From: Leucoraja erinacea
Lineage: Eukaryota
Length of the DNA stretch: 64,000 nt
Assembly: GCF_028641065.1 (NCBI RefSeq)
Contig: NC_073415.1
Span: 11,904,001 to 11,968,000, forward strand
Direction: 5' to 3'
Shown: one piece after another, positions 11,379 through 20,870 of the stretch
Position numbering within the stretch: position 1 is the stretch's first letter
How the letters are laid out: each line of letters begins with the position of its first letter
The notes under the pieces: model-generated
Seen by the model: only the letters and a program-made list of their open reading frames with translations
Databases searched by the model: none
Told to the model about the DNA's origin: nothing
Position numbers and translations under genes: made by a program

Positions 11379-11786
11379 TCTTTAATTGATGAGAATGTTT
11401 TGATTTAGAGAACTGTTGAACTCCTGGATTTGCTGTCAACTTGCTCATCAGCAGGTGAGCATTGTTGAAATACTGTTGTCTGGCCTTTCATCACTAGGTG
11501 GCTATGTCCACAAGGCCTTGACCTTCCCCAGTGTTCTGTACCTTCTGATCATGGGCTCCATCACAAGGCCACTTCTGCCAGGTAGTAACTGACCAGGTGA
11601 GGTTCAGCTCCATAGCTAGTTGCTGCCAACCTCCACATCCACCCCTTCCCTCCCACAATTAGGCAAGGGGGGATGAGCCACGTTCCCTCTTCCCAACACC
11701 ATCAGACTGGGGAAGGATTACCAAGGAAGATGTCATGGTCCATTTAAACAAGCACATGTTGAAAGCAAGTGGAGTGCTGGAGCTGT

Positions 11787-12462
11787 GCGGCACGGTGGTG
11801 CAGCGGTAGAGTTGCTGCCTCAGTGCCAGAGACCTGGGTTCAATCCCGACTACGGGTGCTGTCTGTATGGAGTTTGTATGTTCTCCCTGTGACCATGTGG
11901 GTTTTTTTTCTTAAGGGGTTGGACAGGCTAGATGCAGGAAGATTGTTCCCCCTCCCACAGTCCAGGACAAGGGGGGTCACCAGTTAAGGATAAGGGGGAA
12001 ATCCTTTAAAACCGAGATGAGGGGAACTTTTTTCACACAGAGAGTGGTGAATCTCTGGAACTCTCTGCCACAGAGGGTAGTTGAGGCCAGTTCATTGGCT
12101 ATATTTAAGAGGGAGTTAGATGTGGCCCTTGTGGCCAAGGGGATCAGAGGGTATGGAGAGAAGGCAGGTACGGGATACTGAGTTGGATGATCAGCCATGA
12201 TCATATTAAATGGCGGTGCAGGCTCGAAAGGCCGAATGGCCTCTACTCCTGCACCTATTTTCTATGTTTCTATGTTTCTGAGATCTTTGGTTTCCTCCCA
12301 CATCCAAAGACGTACAGGTTTGTAGGTTAATTGGCTTGGTGTAAATGTAAAATAGTCCCTAGGCCAGTGTACTTAGGATAGTATTAATGTGTGGGGATCG
12401 GTGGGCAGCAGGGGTCCGGTGGGCCGAAGGGCCATGTTTCGGCACTGTATCTCTAAACTAAA
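11787..12462 (+). mobile_element. tRNA-derived SINE (HE1/V-SINE-like), split by the CR1 insertion
   Basis: A box TGGTGCAGCGG, B box GGTTCAATCCC, core GTCTGTATGGAGTTTGTATGTTCTCCCTGTGACC; resumes at ~12280 and ends in CTCTAAACTAAA. Confidence 0.85.
11910..12279 (+). mobile_element. CR1-like 3' fragment inserted into a SINE
   Basis: Same sequence family as 15410-15776; (TTCTATGT)n tail. Confidence 0.85.
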
Positions 12463-13814
12463 TGAGACACAGTGGTGAGGCCACTTCAGGGTGTGTAGTT
12501 CAGATGCAATGTGCTAACATACACGATCGGTTATCTCCTCCTCCCACATCTCTCGTAGTTCTGCACTCGCTTGTCCCGTGAGACACACTGGGTCAAATGT
12601 GTCGTGACGATAAGGTGGAAGGCTGGTGGCGGGAGAGAGGCCTGATCTCTGAGGAACCCTGAGGTTCTGGAAGATGAAACATTTTCTCCACGAGTTCTTG
12701 CACAGTACAAATCCCAAACCTCATGAACCAATTACCTGTGTGGTGTCAAAATCCCTGGAACACGACACAGAAATAACGAGTGCCCATTTTAAAGCCGTCG
12801 GTCGCTGAGACCACATTGTACATTCCTGTGTACACGTACGTCGGGAATACTGGAGTGATGCTGTTATCTCTCGAGGACACAGCAGTGCTGCTGTAGATGG
12901 AGATCAGGCATTTGGAAAACAACAACGTGTGTACATGGTGCCTTTGCTGCAGTTAAAGATTCCTTATTTATGTATTGGTTGTTCAGGTTCTTGAAGTGAA
13001 GGACTAGCTGGACTTTTTCCTGTGGTATTTAATACCCAAAGGCACAGGGGAGCCTGGTGCAAGTATCGGGCAAACCAAGGATTGTAGACTTTAGACAGCA
13101 TAATGGTACAGCGCTGGAGACCCAGGTTCGATCCTGACCTCGGGTGCTGTCTATGTGTGGTTTGCACGTTCTCCCTGTGACCAAGTGGGTTACTTCTGGG
13201 TGCTCCAGTTTCCTCCCATTGCTGTATAGTCAGAGTCATACAGCAAGGAAACCGGCCCTTCGGCCCAACTTGCCCAATCTACACTAGTCCCACCTTCCCG
13301 CATTTGGCCCAAATCCGTCTAAACCTGTCCTGTCCATGTACCTGTCCAAATGTTTCTTGAATGGCGAGATGTACGACTGTCTTCACAACTGGTCTCCGCA
13401 CTGCAGAGACCATGGGATGATCATCCCTCCCCTCCAGGGCTGCCTATCCAACCTCCCTCTTCACTGAGGCAGGTCACAACACCATGGCAATGGTCAGTTC
13501 ACCCAAGTGATTCCTTATATTACCGCTTATTATACTTCATTATAATGCTTTTTATTAGTGCAGTTTTCAGATCACGTGTAATTGTATTTTCTTTTATAAT
13601 GTTGTCTGTTAGATGTGAGAGAGCAGACACTCGCTGCTGGTGGGGAAGTGTGGCAGATGTCCATCAGGAGAGAAACACACAAATAAAACAACAAACAGCT
13701 GTTTTTATTCCACTGTCTGTCAACGAGTAACATCAAAAACAACTCTTCCTTGCAATTGGAAAAACAAAACTCATTTGGTTTCTTTTAAACCTCACGAGAA
13801 GAGTAACCAGTGTC

Positions 13815-13965
13815 TCCTTTGTGAACTGCTGCCCCTTTGTGAAGATTTGCCCCTTTGTGAAGATCTCCCCATTTGTGAAGATTGCCCCCTTTGTGAAGAT
13901 TTGCCCCTTTGTGAAGATTTGCCCCTTTGTGAAGACCCCCCCTTTGTGACCAGCTGCCCCTTTGA
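13815..13965. repeat. 18-bp minisatellite (CCCCTTTGTGAAGATTTG)
   Basis: Direct reading; gives the LPLCED repeats in ORF 13640-13972. Confidence 0.9.
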
Positions 13966-14790
13966 CCACTGATACTAGACCCGGCGTGTGCCTTGTGCCT
14001 ATCCATGTTGGCAACAGTAGAGTAGAGATCCCCTGTGGCATTGATACATTCAGTTTCTCCATTGTAGACAGTTCCTTCTCCGGCTTGCTTGTGTTAACGT
14101 ACATTTTACTAGAATGCTGCCTGCATTACAGAATATTTCCTACATCAAGGACTAACAGAATCGAGGGATATGGGGAGAAAGCAGGAACGGGGTACTGATT
14201 CTGGATGATCAGCCATGATCATATTGAATGGCGGTGCTGGCTCGAAGGGCTGAATGACCTACTCCTGCACCTATTGTCTATGTCTCTAGTATCCATTTGG
14301 TCTAAATGTTGACCAATCTGATCCTAGTCATTCACATTTCCAAACCAGACCATCCACCACTGATCACTCACCTTTCCTGGGAAGCCACAGCCCTGCCCCA
14401 TCTATATTGGTTTTAGAAAGGAACGATACAACAGTGGGCTTCACAACAAATTAATTATCTCCAAAGTAAGGATTCAGAGCCTGTGTTAGCAAACTGGGCT
14501 TGTGGTAGAGTTGTCAGTGGGAGAGTAATTGTAAAACAAATAGCTGTTAACTCAAGGTCTGTAATTAAAGTTGAGAATGACAGAGAGCAGAAGATTAAGT
14601 TCTTGTGTTGTGGTTTGCAGCTGAACACAAAGTGCTGGAGTGTCTCAGCGAGTCAGACAGACAGCGTCTGTGGACGGTATGGTCAATGTTTCGGTTTGGG
14701 ACCTTCTTTCTGATCATCGGTTTAAACCAGCATCTGCAGTTCTTTTCTACACAATTCCTAAATGTTCTTGTCTTTGACGTGGGCCATAAA

Positions 14791-15099
14791 TCATTCACCT
14801 CTTCCTTCCTGCGGTCCCCACGTGCCCTGGGCCACTTCACCCCCCCTCTCTTCCCCTGTTACACGACGGATCTGTGAGATATTGTCGGCATCACAGAGCA
14901 GTTCCCAGGTTTGGTTGTCCGGGATACGAGGGGCGTTAGTCTCTCCGGCCTCACTCTTCTCCAGTCCAGAGAACGAAACGCGGAAGCTCTGAGCACCGGC
15001 CACTGCACTTTGCTGCTCGTTCACCCTGCACCTCACTGGGAAGTATCGTTCCATCACCTGAAGACCCAGGTCTGCCGCGCTCTCCCTCTCAGCCTGTGT
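14791..15099 (-). CDS. SWSAP1: SWSAP1 last coding exon
   Basis: ctaacccccccacag acceptor, phase 0; TQAERESAADLGLQVMERYFPVRCRV...TWELLCDAD versus human TQEEAGSGDVLHLALLQRYFPAQCWL; TGA 14793-14791. Confidence 0.85.
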   Translation of the reverse strand, partial: TQAERESAADLGLQVMERYFPVRCRVNEQQSAVAGAQSFRVSFSGLEKSEAGETNAPRIPDNQTWELLCDADNISQIRRVTGEERGGEVAQGTWGPQEGRGE

Positions 15100-15212
15100 C
15101 TGTGGGGGGGTTAGAAGTGAAAATACATTAGCGACCCATGCGCAGACTGAAGGAGCGGTGAGCGAGGGGACTGGCCAGGAGCGGTCAAGGTTCTACATGT
15201 GGTCACACAAGA

Positions 15213-15776
15213 CTGCACCTGGAGTATTGCGTACAGTTTTGGTCTCCTAATCTGAGGACAGACATTCTTGCCATAGAGGGAGTACAGAGAACGTTCACCA
15301 GACTGATTCCTGGGATGGCAGGACTTTCATATGAAGAAAGACTGGATAGACTCGGCTTGTACTCGCTGGAATTTAGGAGATTGAGGGGGGATCTTATAGA
15401 AACTTACAAAAGTCTTAAGGGGTTGGACAGGCTAGATGCAGGAAGATTGTTCCCGATGTTGGGGAAGTCCAGAACAAGGGGTCACAGTTTAAGGATAAGA
15501 GGGAAGTCTTTTAGGACTGAGATGAGGAAAACATTTTTCACACAGAGTGGTGAATCTGTGGAATTCTCTGCCACAGAAGGTAGTTGAGGCCACACAGTTC
15601 ATTGGCTATATTTAAGAGGGAGTTAGATGTGGCCCTTGTGGCTAAAGGGATCAGGGGGTATGGAGAGAAGGCAGGTATGGGATACTGAGTTGGATGATCA
15701 GCCATGATCATATTGAGTGGCGGTGCAGGCTCGAAGGGCCGAATGGCCTCTACTCCTGCACCTATTTTCTATGTTT
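15213..15776 (+). mobile_element. 5'-truncated CR1/HER1-like LINE 3' end
   Basis: ORF 15315-15587 GLSYEERLDRLGLYSLEFRRLRGDLIETYK...RGHSLRI...FFTQ is a typical CR1 ORF2 C-terminus, followed by the 3' UTR and a TTCTATGT tail. Confidence 0.88.
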
Positions 15777-16939
15777 CAGATGCTGTAAACCGCAGTGAAA
15801 CACAAACAGCTGGAGGTACTCAGCGGGTCGGGCAGCATCTTTGGGGACGGTGGGTGGAGCAGGTTCGACTAGTCCCGCTGCCTCCACAGATGCTGCCCGT
15901 CCCACTGAATTTCTCCAGCACTTTCTTGTGCTCTGGTTTGAAAAAGTTTAATTTTACAAAATTTAAACTTGTCCCACATTTAATTTTTAAATCTATGGCC
16001 TCTCAGCATTGAATTTCCATCCCGGAAAAACAAAAGTTCAGACCGTCTACCCTGTCTATGCCTCTCACATATACGTATTCTATAAATGTCTATCAGGTGC
16101 CCCTCAGACTATGATGCTCCAGTTTGTGTTTGTACATCTTTTTGTAGTTAATACTCTCTCATGCAGGCAGCATTCTGGTGAAATGTATGTTAACACAAGT
16201 GAACTGGTGAAGGAACAGTCCACAATGAAGATAGACATAACATGCTGGAGTAACTCAGCAGGACAGGCAGCATCCCTGGATAGAAGGAATAGGGAATGTT
16301 TCACAGAGATAAGGAAGGGTAAGGTGTGAAAACGAGACAATAAATATTTGTGGGCTGTGGGCGTTCCTGGTGAGGCTAACGTCTATCCCCCACCTTTGAC
16401 AGTCACCTGGTGTCACAAGGAACTGCAGATGCTGGTTTACAATAAAAGCCAATGTGCTGGAGTAACTCAGCGGGTCCGCACCTTTTCCAAAGCCTCCACA
16501 TCCTTCCTGCAATGGGGTGACCTGAACTGCACACAATACTGACCAAAGAAGCTTCTTCTGACTTTATCTACGTTAGTTAATTCTGTTTCCTGCTCCCAGT
16601 GAAATCCTCATGCTTGTCTATCCCGTCACCAAGTCTGCTGACAAAACTAACGTGTTTCTCTCATAGATGGACACAAAATGCTGGAGTAACTCAACGGGAC
16701 AGGCAGCATCTCTGGAGAAGAAGGAAGGGGTGACGTTTCAGGTCAGGACACATCTTTGTGTTTCTCTCTTTCCCAATTCTGTACAAGGCCTAGACCTCAA
16801 ACACTGAATTTTCTCTCGTCACAGACATGGTCTGAGCAGCGTCCATGTATGACCATCTATATATCCTGTGCAACAACATGCCATACATGTGACAATTATA
16901 AACTGAGATTAATGTTGTTTGGTGCAGAAGTGCATTTAG

Positions 16940-17225
16940 GGACGGCACAGTGGTGCAGGATAGCAGGGTGGCGGGTATAACTGCTGCCTCACTGTGCCAG
17001 AGACATGGGTTCGATTCTGACCTCAGGTGCTGTCTGTGTGGTTAGTACATTCTCCCTGTGACAGCGTGGGTTTCCTCCAGGTGCTCCGGTTTCCTCCCAC
17101 ACATGCCAGAGGCTTGTAGGTTAATTGGCTCTGTAAATTGTCCCTAGTGTATAGGATAGTGTTCGTGAACAGGGTGATCGATGGGCGAAGGGCCCGTTTC
17201 TATGCTGTATCTCTAAAGCCTAAAT
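16940..17225 (+). mobile_element. HE1/V-SINE-like element
   Basis: tRNA-like head, core and GGGCCCGTTTC...CTGTATCTCTAAA tail. Confidence 0.8.
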
Positions 17226-18288
17226 CTCTCCCCTCACCTTAAGCCTGTGCCCTCTAGTTTTAGAATCCTCTACCCTGAATAGAAAGAGTTCACTCTATCC
17301 TTGTCACTGTGACCATACGTATCATGTGAGACAACACACCACACAAATAGTGAAAGGCCTGGATAGAGTGGATGTGGAGAGGATGTTTCCACTAGTGGGA
17401 AAGTCTGGGACCAGAGGGCACAGCCTCAGAATTAAAGGAAGTCCCTTTAGGAAGGAGATGAGTAATTTATTTAGTCAGAGGGTGATGAATCTGTGGAGGA
17501 CAAGTTAATGGATAATGGATACCTCGGTACACGTGACAATAAACTCAACTAACTAGATTTTTGATTCGTACGGGTGTCACGGGTTGTGGCTGTGGGGAGA
17601 AGGCAGAATGCAGTTGGGAAGGAGAGATAAATCCGCCATAATTGAATGTCGGAGTAGACTCGATGGGCTGAATGACCCAATTCTGAATGAATGAAGATTG
17701 TATTGTCACGTGAAATTCTTTGCAAATTCTTTGCTTGCATTCGCATGGTATGCATATAGCCGCCACATAAGGGCGATGACAGTTGTAAAGTCTCTCCCCC
17801 CCCCCCCATACCCCGACCTTGGAGCCAGCACCACCATTCAATATGATCATGGTTGATCATCTAAACTCAGTAGATACTAAAAGCTTGAGTAACTCAGCAG
17901 GACAGGTAGCATCTCTGGAGAGAAGGATTTGGGTGACTTCTCTTCTGTGTGAAGATGGGTCTCGACCCGAAACGTCACCCATTCCTTCTCTGCAGAGATG
18001 CTGCCTGTCCTGCTGAGTTACTCCAGCATTTTGTGTCTACCTTCGATTTAAGCCAGCATCTGCAGTTCTTTCCTACACATCTGAAATCAGTACCACTTTC
18101 CTGCTTTCTGCCCATTTCCCTTGGTTCCGTTAGGCCAAAGAGCTAAATCTAACTCCCTTGAAAACATCCAGTGAATTGGCCTCCACCACCTTCTGTGGCA
18201 GCGAATTCCACTAAATATTGCTCACTTCTGACCGAGCGGTGGGTGACCTGTGGTACTGGGGCAGAGGGCGAGGCTGGCTCTGATATAC

Positions 18289-18802
18289 CTGTAGGGCTAC
18301 AATGAGTTGGCACGGTGTGGAGGGTCCCAGAACCTGGGTCGCCCAAGCGGCGCTGTCCCGGAGCAGGGCGGCGAGGAGAGCCGCTTTACCGGCCACGTCC
18401 CGCCCGCCGCCCGCCAGCATCTCGTCGGCACCGTCGAGCAGCAGGAGTGAAGGTGGGGGTCCGGGGTTCTGGTGCAGAGAGGCCAAGGTGTGCAGGACGT
18501 CCCGCACTGAGTGCGGGTACACCAGCTCTACCCGCCGCAGGCAGCGCGGCTCCAGTGGCAGCAGCGCGGCAGGCAGCGCCTGGATGGGCCGAGGGGCCAG
18601 GAATAGCACCCGCCCGCCCCGCTGCTCGGCCGCTGCTGCCGCCGCCTGGAACAGCAGCGATGTCCGGGCAACTGAGCGCTGACCCAGCACCAGGCAGCTG
18701 CTGCCGGCCTGGATCCACCCCAGCCCGGTGTCGGGGTAGAGGCCGGTCCCGCCGGTGGGGTAGAGGCCGGTCCCGCCGGTGGTACCCGGAGCCTCGGGAC
18801 CC
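18289..18802 (-). CDS. SWSAP1: SWIM-type zinc finger 7-associated protein 1 (RAD51-paralog-like), main exon
   Basis: LVLGQRSVARTSLLFQAAAAAAEQRGGRVLFLAPRPIQALP...YPHSVRDVLHTLASLHQNPGPPPSLLLLDG...LLAALLRDSAA...CQLIVALQ matches human SWSAP1; GTATAT donor at 18288; 5' boundary uncertain. Confidence 0.88.
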
Positions 18803-19245
18803 CTGAGACCCCCACTAACTCCGGGACCCCCACTGACCCCGGGACCCCCACTGACCCCGGGACCCCCACTAACTCCGGGACCCCCACTGACTCCGGGACC
18901 CCCACTGACCCCGGGACCCCCGCTAACTCCGGGACCCCCGCTAACTCCGGGACCCCCACTGACCCCGGGACCCCCGCTAACTCCGGGACCCCCACTGACC
19001 CCGGGACCCCCACTGACCCCGGGACCCCCACTGACCCCGGGACCCCCGCTAACTCCGGGACCCCCACTGACCCCGGGACCCCCACTGACCCCGGGACCCC
19101 CACTAACGCCGGGACCCCCACTAACTCCGGGACCCCCACTGACCCCGGGACCCCCGCTAACCCCGGGCCCCCCACTAACGCCGGGACCCCCACTGACCCC
19201 GGGACCCCCACTAACTCCGGGACCCCCGGTTACCCCGGGACCCCG
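18803..19245. repeat. 18-bp minisatellite (CCGGGACCCCCACTGACC / ...CTAACT), ~24 units, inside SWSAP1
   Basis: Direct reading; PPLTPG or VGVPGS repeats in the ORF track. Confidence 0.95.
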
Positions 19246-19442
19246 GTGCTACCGGAGCCGCCGGTGGCCCCAGGCCCGCTGGTGTTGGTGCTGTAGCCGG
19301 TGTTGATGTTGGTGCCGGTGCTGGTGCTGGAGCGGGAGCGGGAGCTGGTGTCGGTGCTGGTGTTGGAGCGGGAGCTGCTGTTTCCCACCCACCGGTCGGC
19401 GCTGCTCCACGAGCCCAGGACGTGCAGCAGCGCCGCCGCCAT
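19234..19442 (-). CDS. SWSAP1: SWSAP1 first coding segment (N-terminus)
   Basis: ATG at 19442 gives MAAALLHVLGSW (cf. recalled human long-form MAETLRRVL), then Ser/Thr/Gly-rich sequence; joins the ATPase frame either via a GTAACC..CTCAG intron or via a 1-nt indel. Confidence 0.6.
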
Positions 19443-20087
19443 CTCTCTCCCTCCTCCACTTCCTGCTTCAAATGCAACATTTCCCGCGCAGTGTTGCCAC
19501 AACAACAACAACAACAACTCTGTGCATTTGTGTAGCCGCCCGTGTAATCCCCACAGTTACAATGTTGCCGGTGGGCTGGACAAGCTGCAGTAACTGGGCC
19601 TGGCCACACGGACTGGTCAGCAAGTGATGTCCATCTTCACTGTGGCCACAATGAGACCCCGCCCCCCATGGGACTACATTTCCCACAATGCCGAGTGGTA
19701 GAGGCGCATGCGCCGTGCGGCCTGGGGGCGGCGGGGTTGATGACGCGGCGGCGGGGTTGATGACGCGGCGTGCGGGGTTGATGACGCGGCGGCGGGGTTG
19801 ATGACGCGGCGGCGGGGTTGATGACGTGCGGGGTTGATGACGCGGTGTGCGGGGTTGATGACGCGGCGTGCGGACGGCGGCGGCTCAGTCGGCGGGTGGG
19901 CGGTGCCGGGGAGGGAGGTCCTTCGCGCTCGGGCGTCAGCTCGTACTGTGGGCCGGCGGGATCGGATCGGATCGGACCGGGCCAACCACTCGCTTCCGCA
20001 GCTTCACCTCAGGCCTTGTCCGTCCATCCCTCCCCCCATCCAAACCCCTCTCTGTCTCGGCCTGCGTTACCTTGCCGCGCTGCTCGG
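19443..20087. promoter_or_regulatory. CpG-rich bidirectional promoter/5' UTRs between SWSAP1 and PRKCSH
   Basis: Divergent ATGs 646 bp apart; high GC/CpG; GC box ~19657; GGACTACATTTCCCACAATGC (ZNF143/SBS type) 19671-19691; GCGCATGCGC (NRF1) 19704-19713; TTTCCCGC 19480-19487. Confidence 0.85.
19729..19871. repeat. 7 x ~20-bp GCGGGGTTGATGACGCGGC array in the promoter
   Basis: TTGATGACG starts at 19737, 19757, 19778, 19798, 19818, 19834, 19855. Confidence 0.9.
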
Positions 20088-20208
20088 ATGGCGGTGAGAG
20101 TGGCCGCACTGGGCGGCCGGAGCCTGGGCCTCGGCCTGTTGCTGCTGCTCGTTGCCGCCGCCGCCGCCGCCCTGGAGGTGAAGCGGCCCCGCGGCGTCTC
20201 CCTGCAGA
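20088..20208 (+). CDS. PRKCSH: Glucosidase II beta subunit, coding exon 1 (signal peptide)
   Basis: MAVRVAALGGRSLGLGLLLLLVAAAAAALEVKRPRGVSLQ; EVKRPRGVSL is diagnostic; GTGAGT donor. Confidence 0.95.
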
Positions 20209-20369
20209 GTGAGTACACGCCAGGCCCCGGGCCCTACTACTAGTGTTGATTTTAAAGGCGCGCTGCCTAGCAACCGTGCAGGGGGTGGAATGTAACAATA
20301 CTGCAGGAAGCGGCATGCATTGCTGCCTGTGACTGATGCAACAGGGCATGCATGCATGCATGGACACAG

Positions 20370-20870
20370 ACAATAGGTGCAGGTGTAGGCCATTCGGCCC
20401 TTCGTGCCAGCACCGCCATTCCGTATGATCATGGCTGATCATCTAAAATCTACCCCGTTCCTGCCTCTCCCCATATCCCTTGATTCCGTTAGCTCTAAGA
20501 GCTAGATCCAACTCTCTTGAAAACATCCAGTGAATTGGCCTCCACTGCCTTCTGTGCCAGAGATTCACAACTCTGGGTGAAAAAGTTGTTACCACTACTC
20601 GGTCCTAAATGGCCTTCCCCTTATTCTTAAACTCACCCCTGGTTCTGGAACCCCCCCCCCCCAACATCTGGAACATGTTTCCTGCATCTAGCCTGTCCAA
20701 TCCCTTAATAATTTTGTGTGTTTCTGAAGGTTCCCTCTCATCCTAAATTCCAGTGAATGCAAGCCCAGTCGATCCATTCTTTCATCATGTCACTCCCGCC
20801 ATCCCGGGAATTAACCGGGTGAACCCACGCTGCATTCCCTCAATAACAATAATGTCCTTCCCCAAATTGC
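20370..20870 (-). mobile_element. CR1-like 3' fragment in PRKCSH intron 1
   Basis: Reverse complement of the CR1 UTR/ORF2 end (AATAGGTGCAGG..GGCCATTCGGCCC...). Confidence 0.75.

Noticed and set aside
11787-11860. tRNA gene
   Set aside because: A/B boxes are present but continue into a SINE core and tail that recur many times; no complete cloverleaf
15315-15587. Autonomous active LINE
   Set aside because: Only the extreme ORF2 C-terminus is present; no endonuclease or RT core anywhere in the window
18779-19306. Collagen/extensin-like (PPLTPG)n ORF on the + strand
   Set aside because: Antisense reading of the SWSAP1 minisatellite; no independent gene structure
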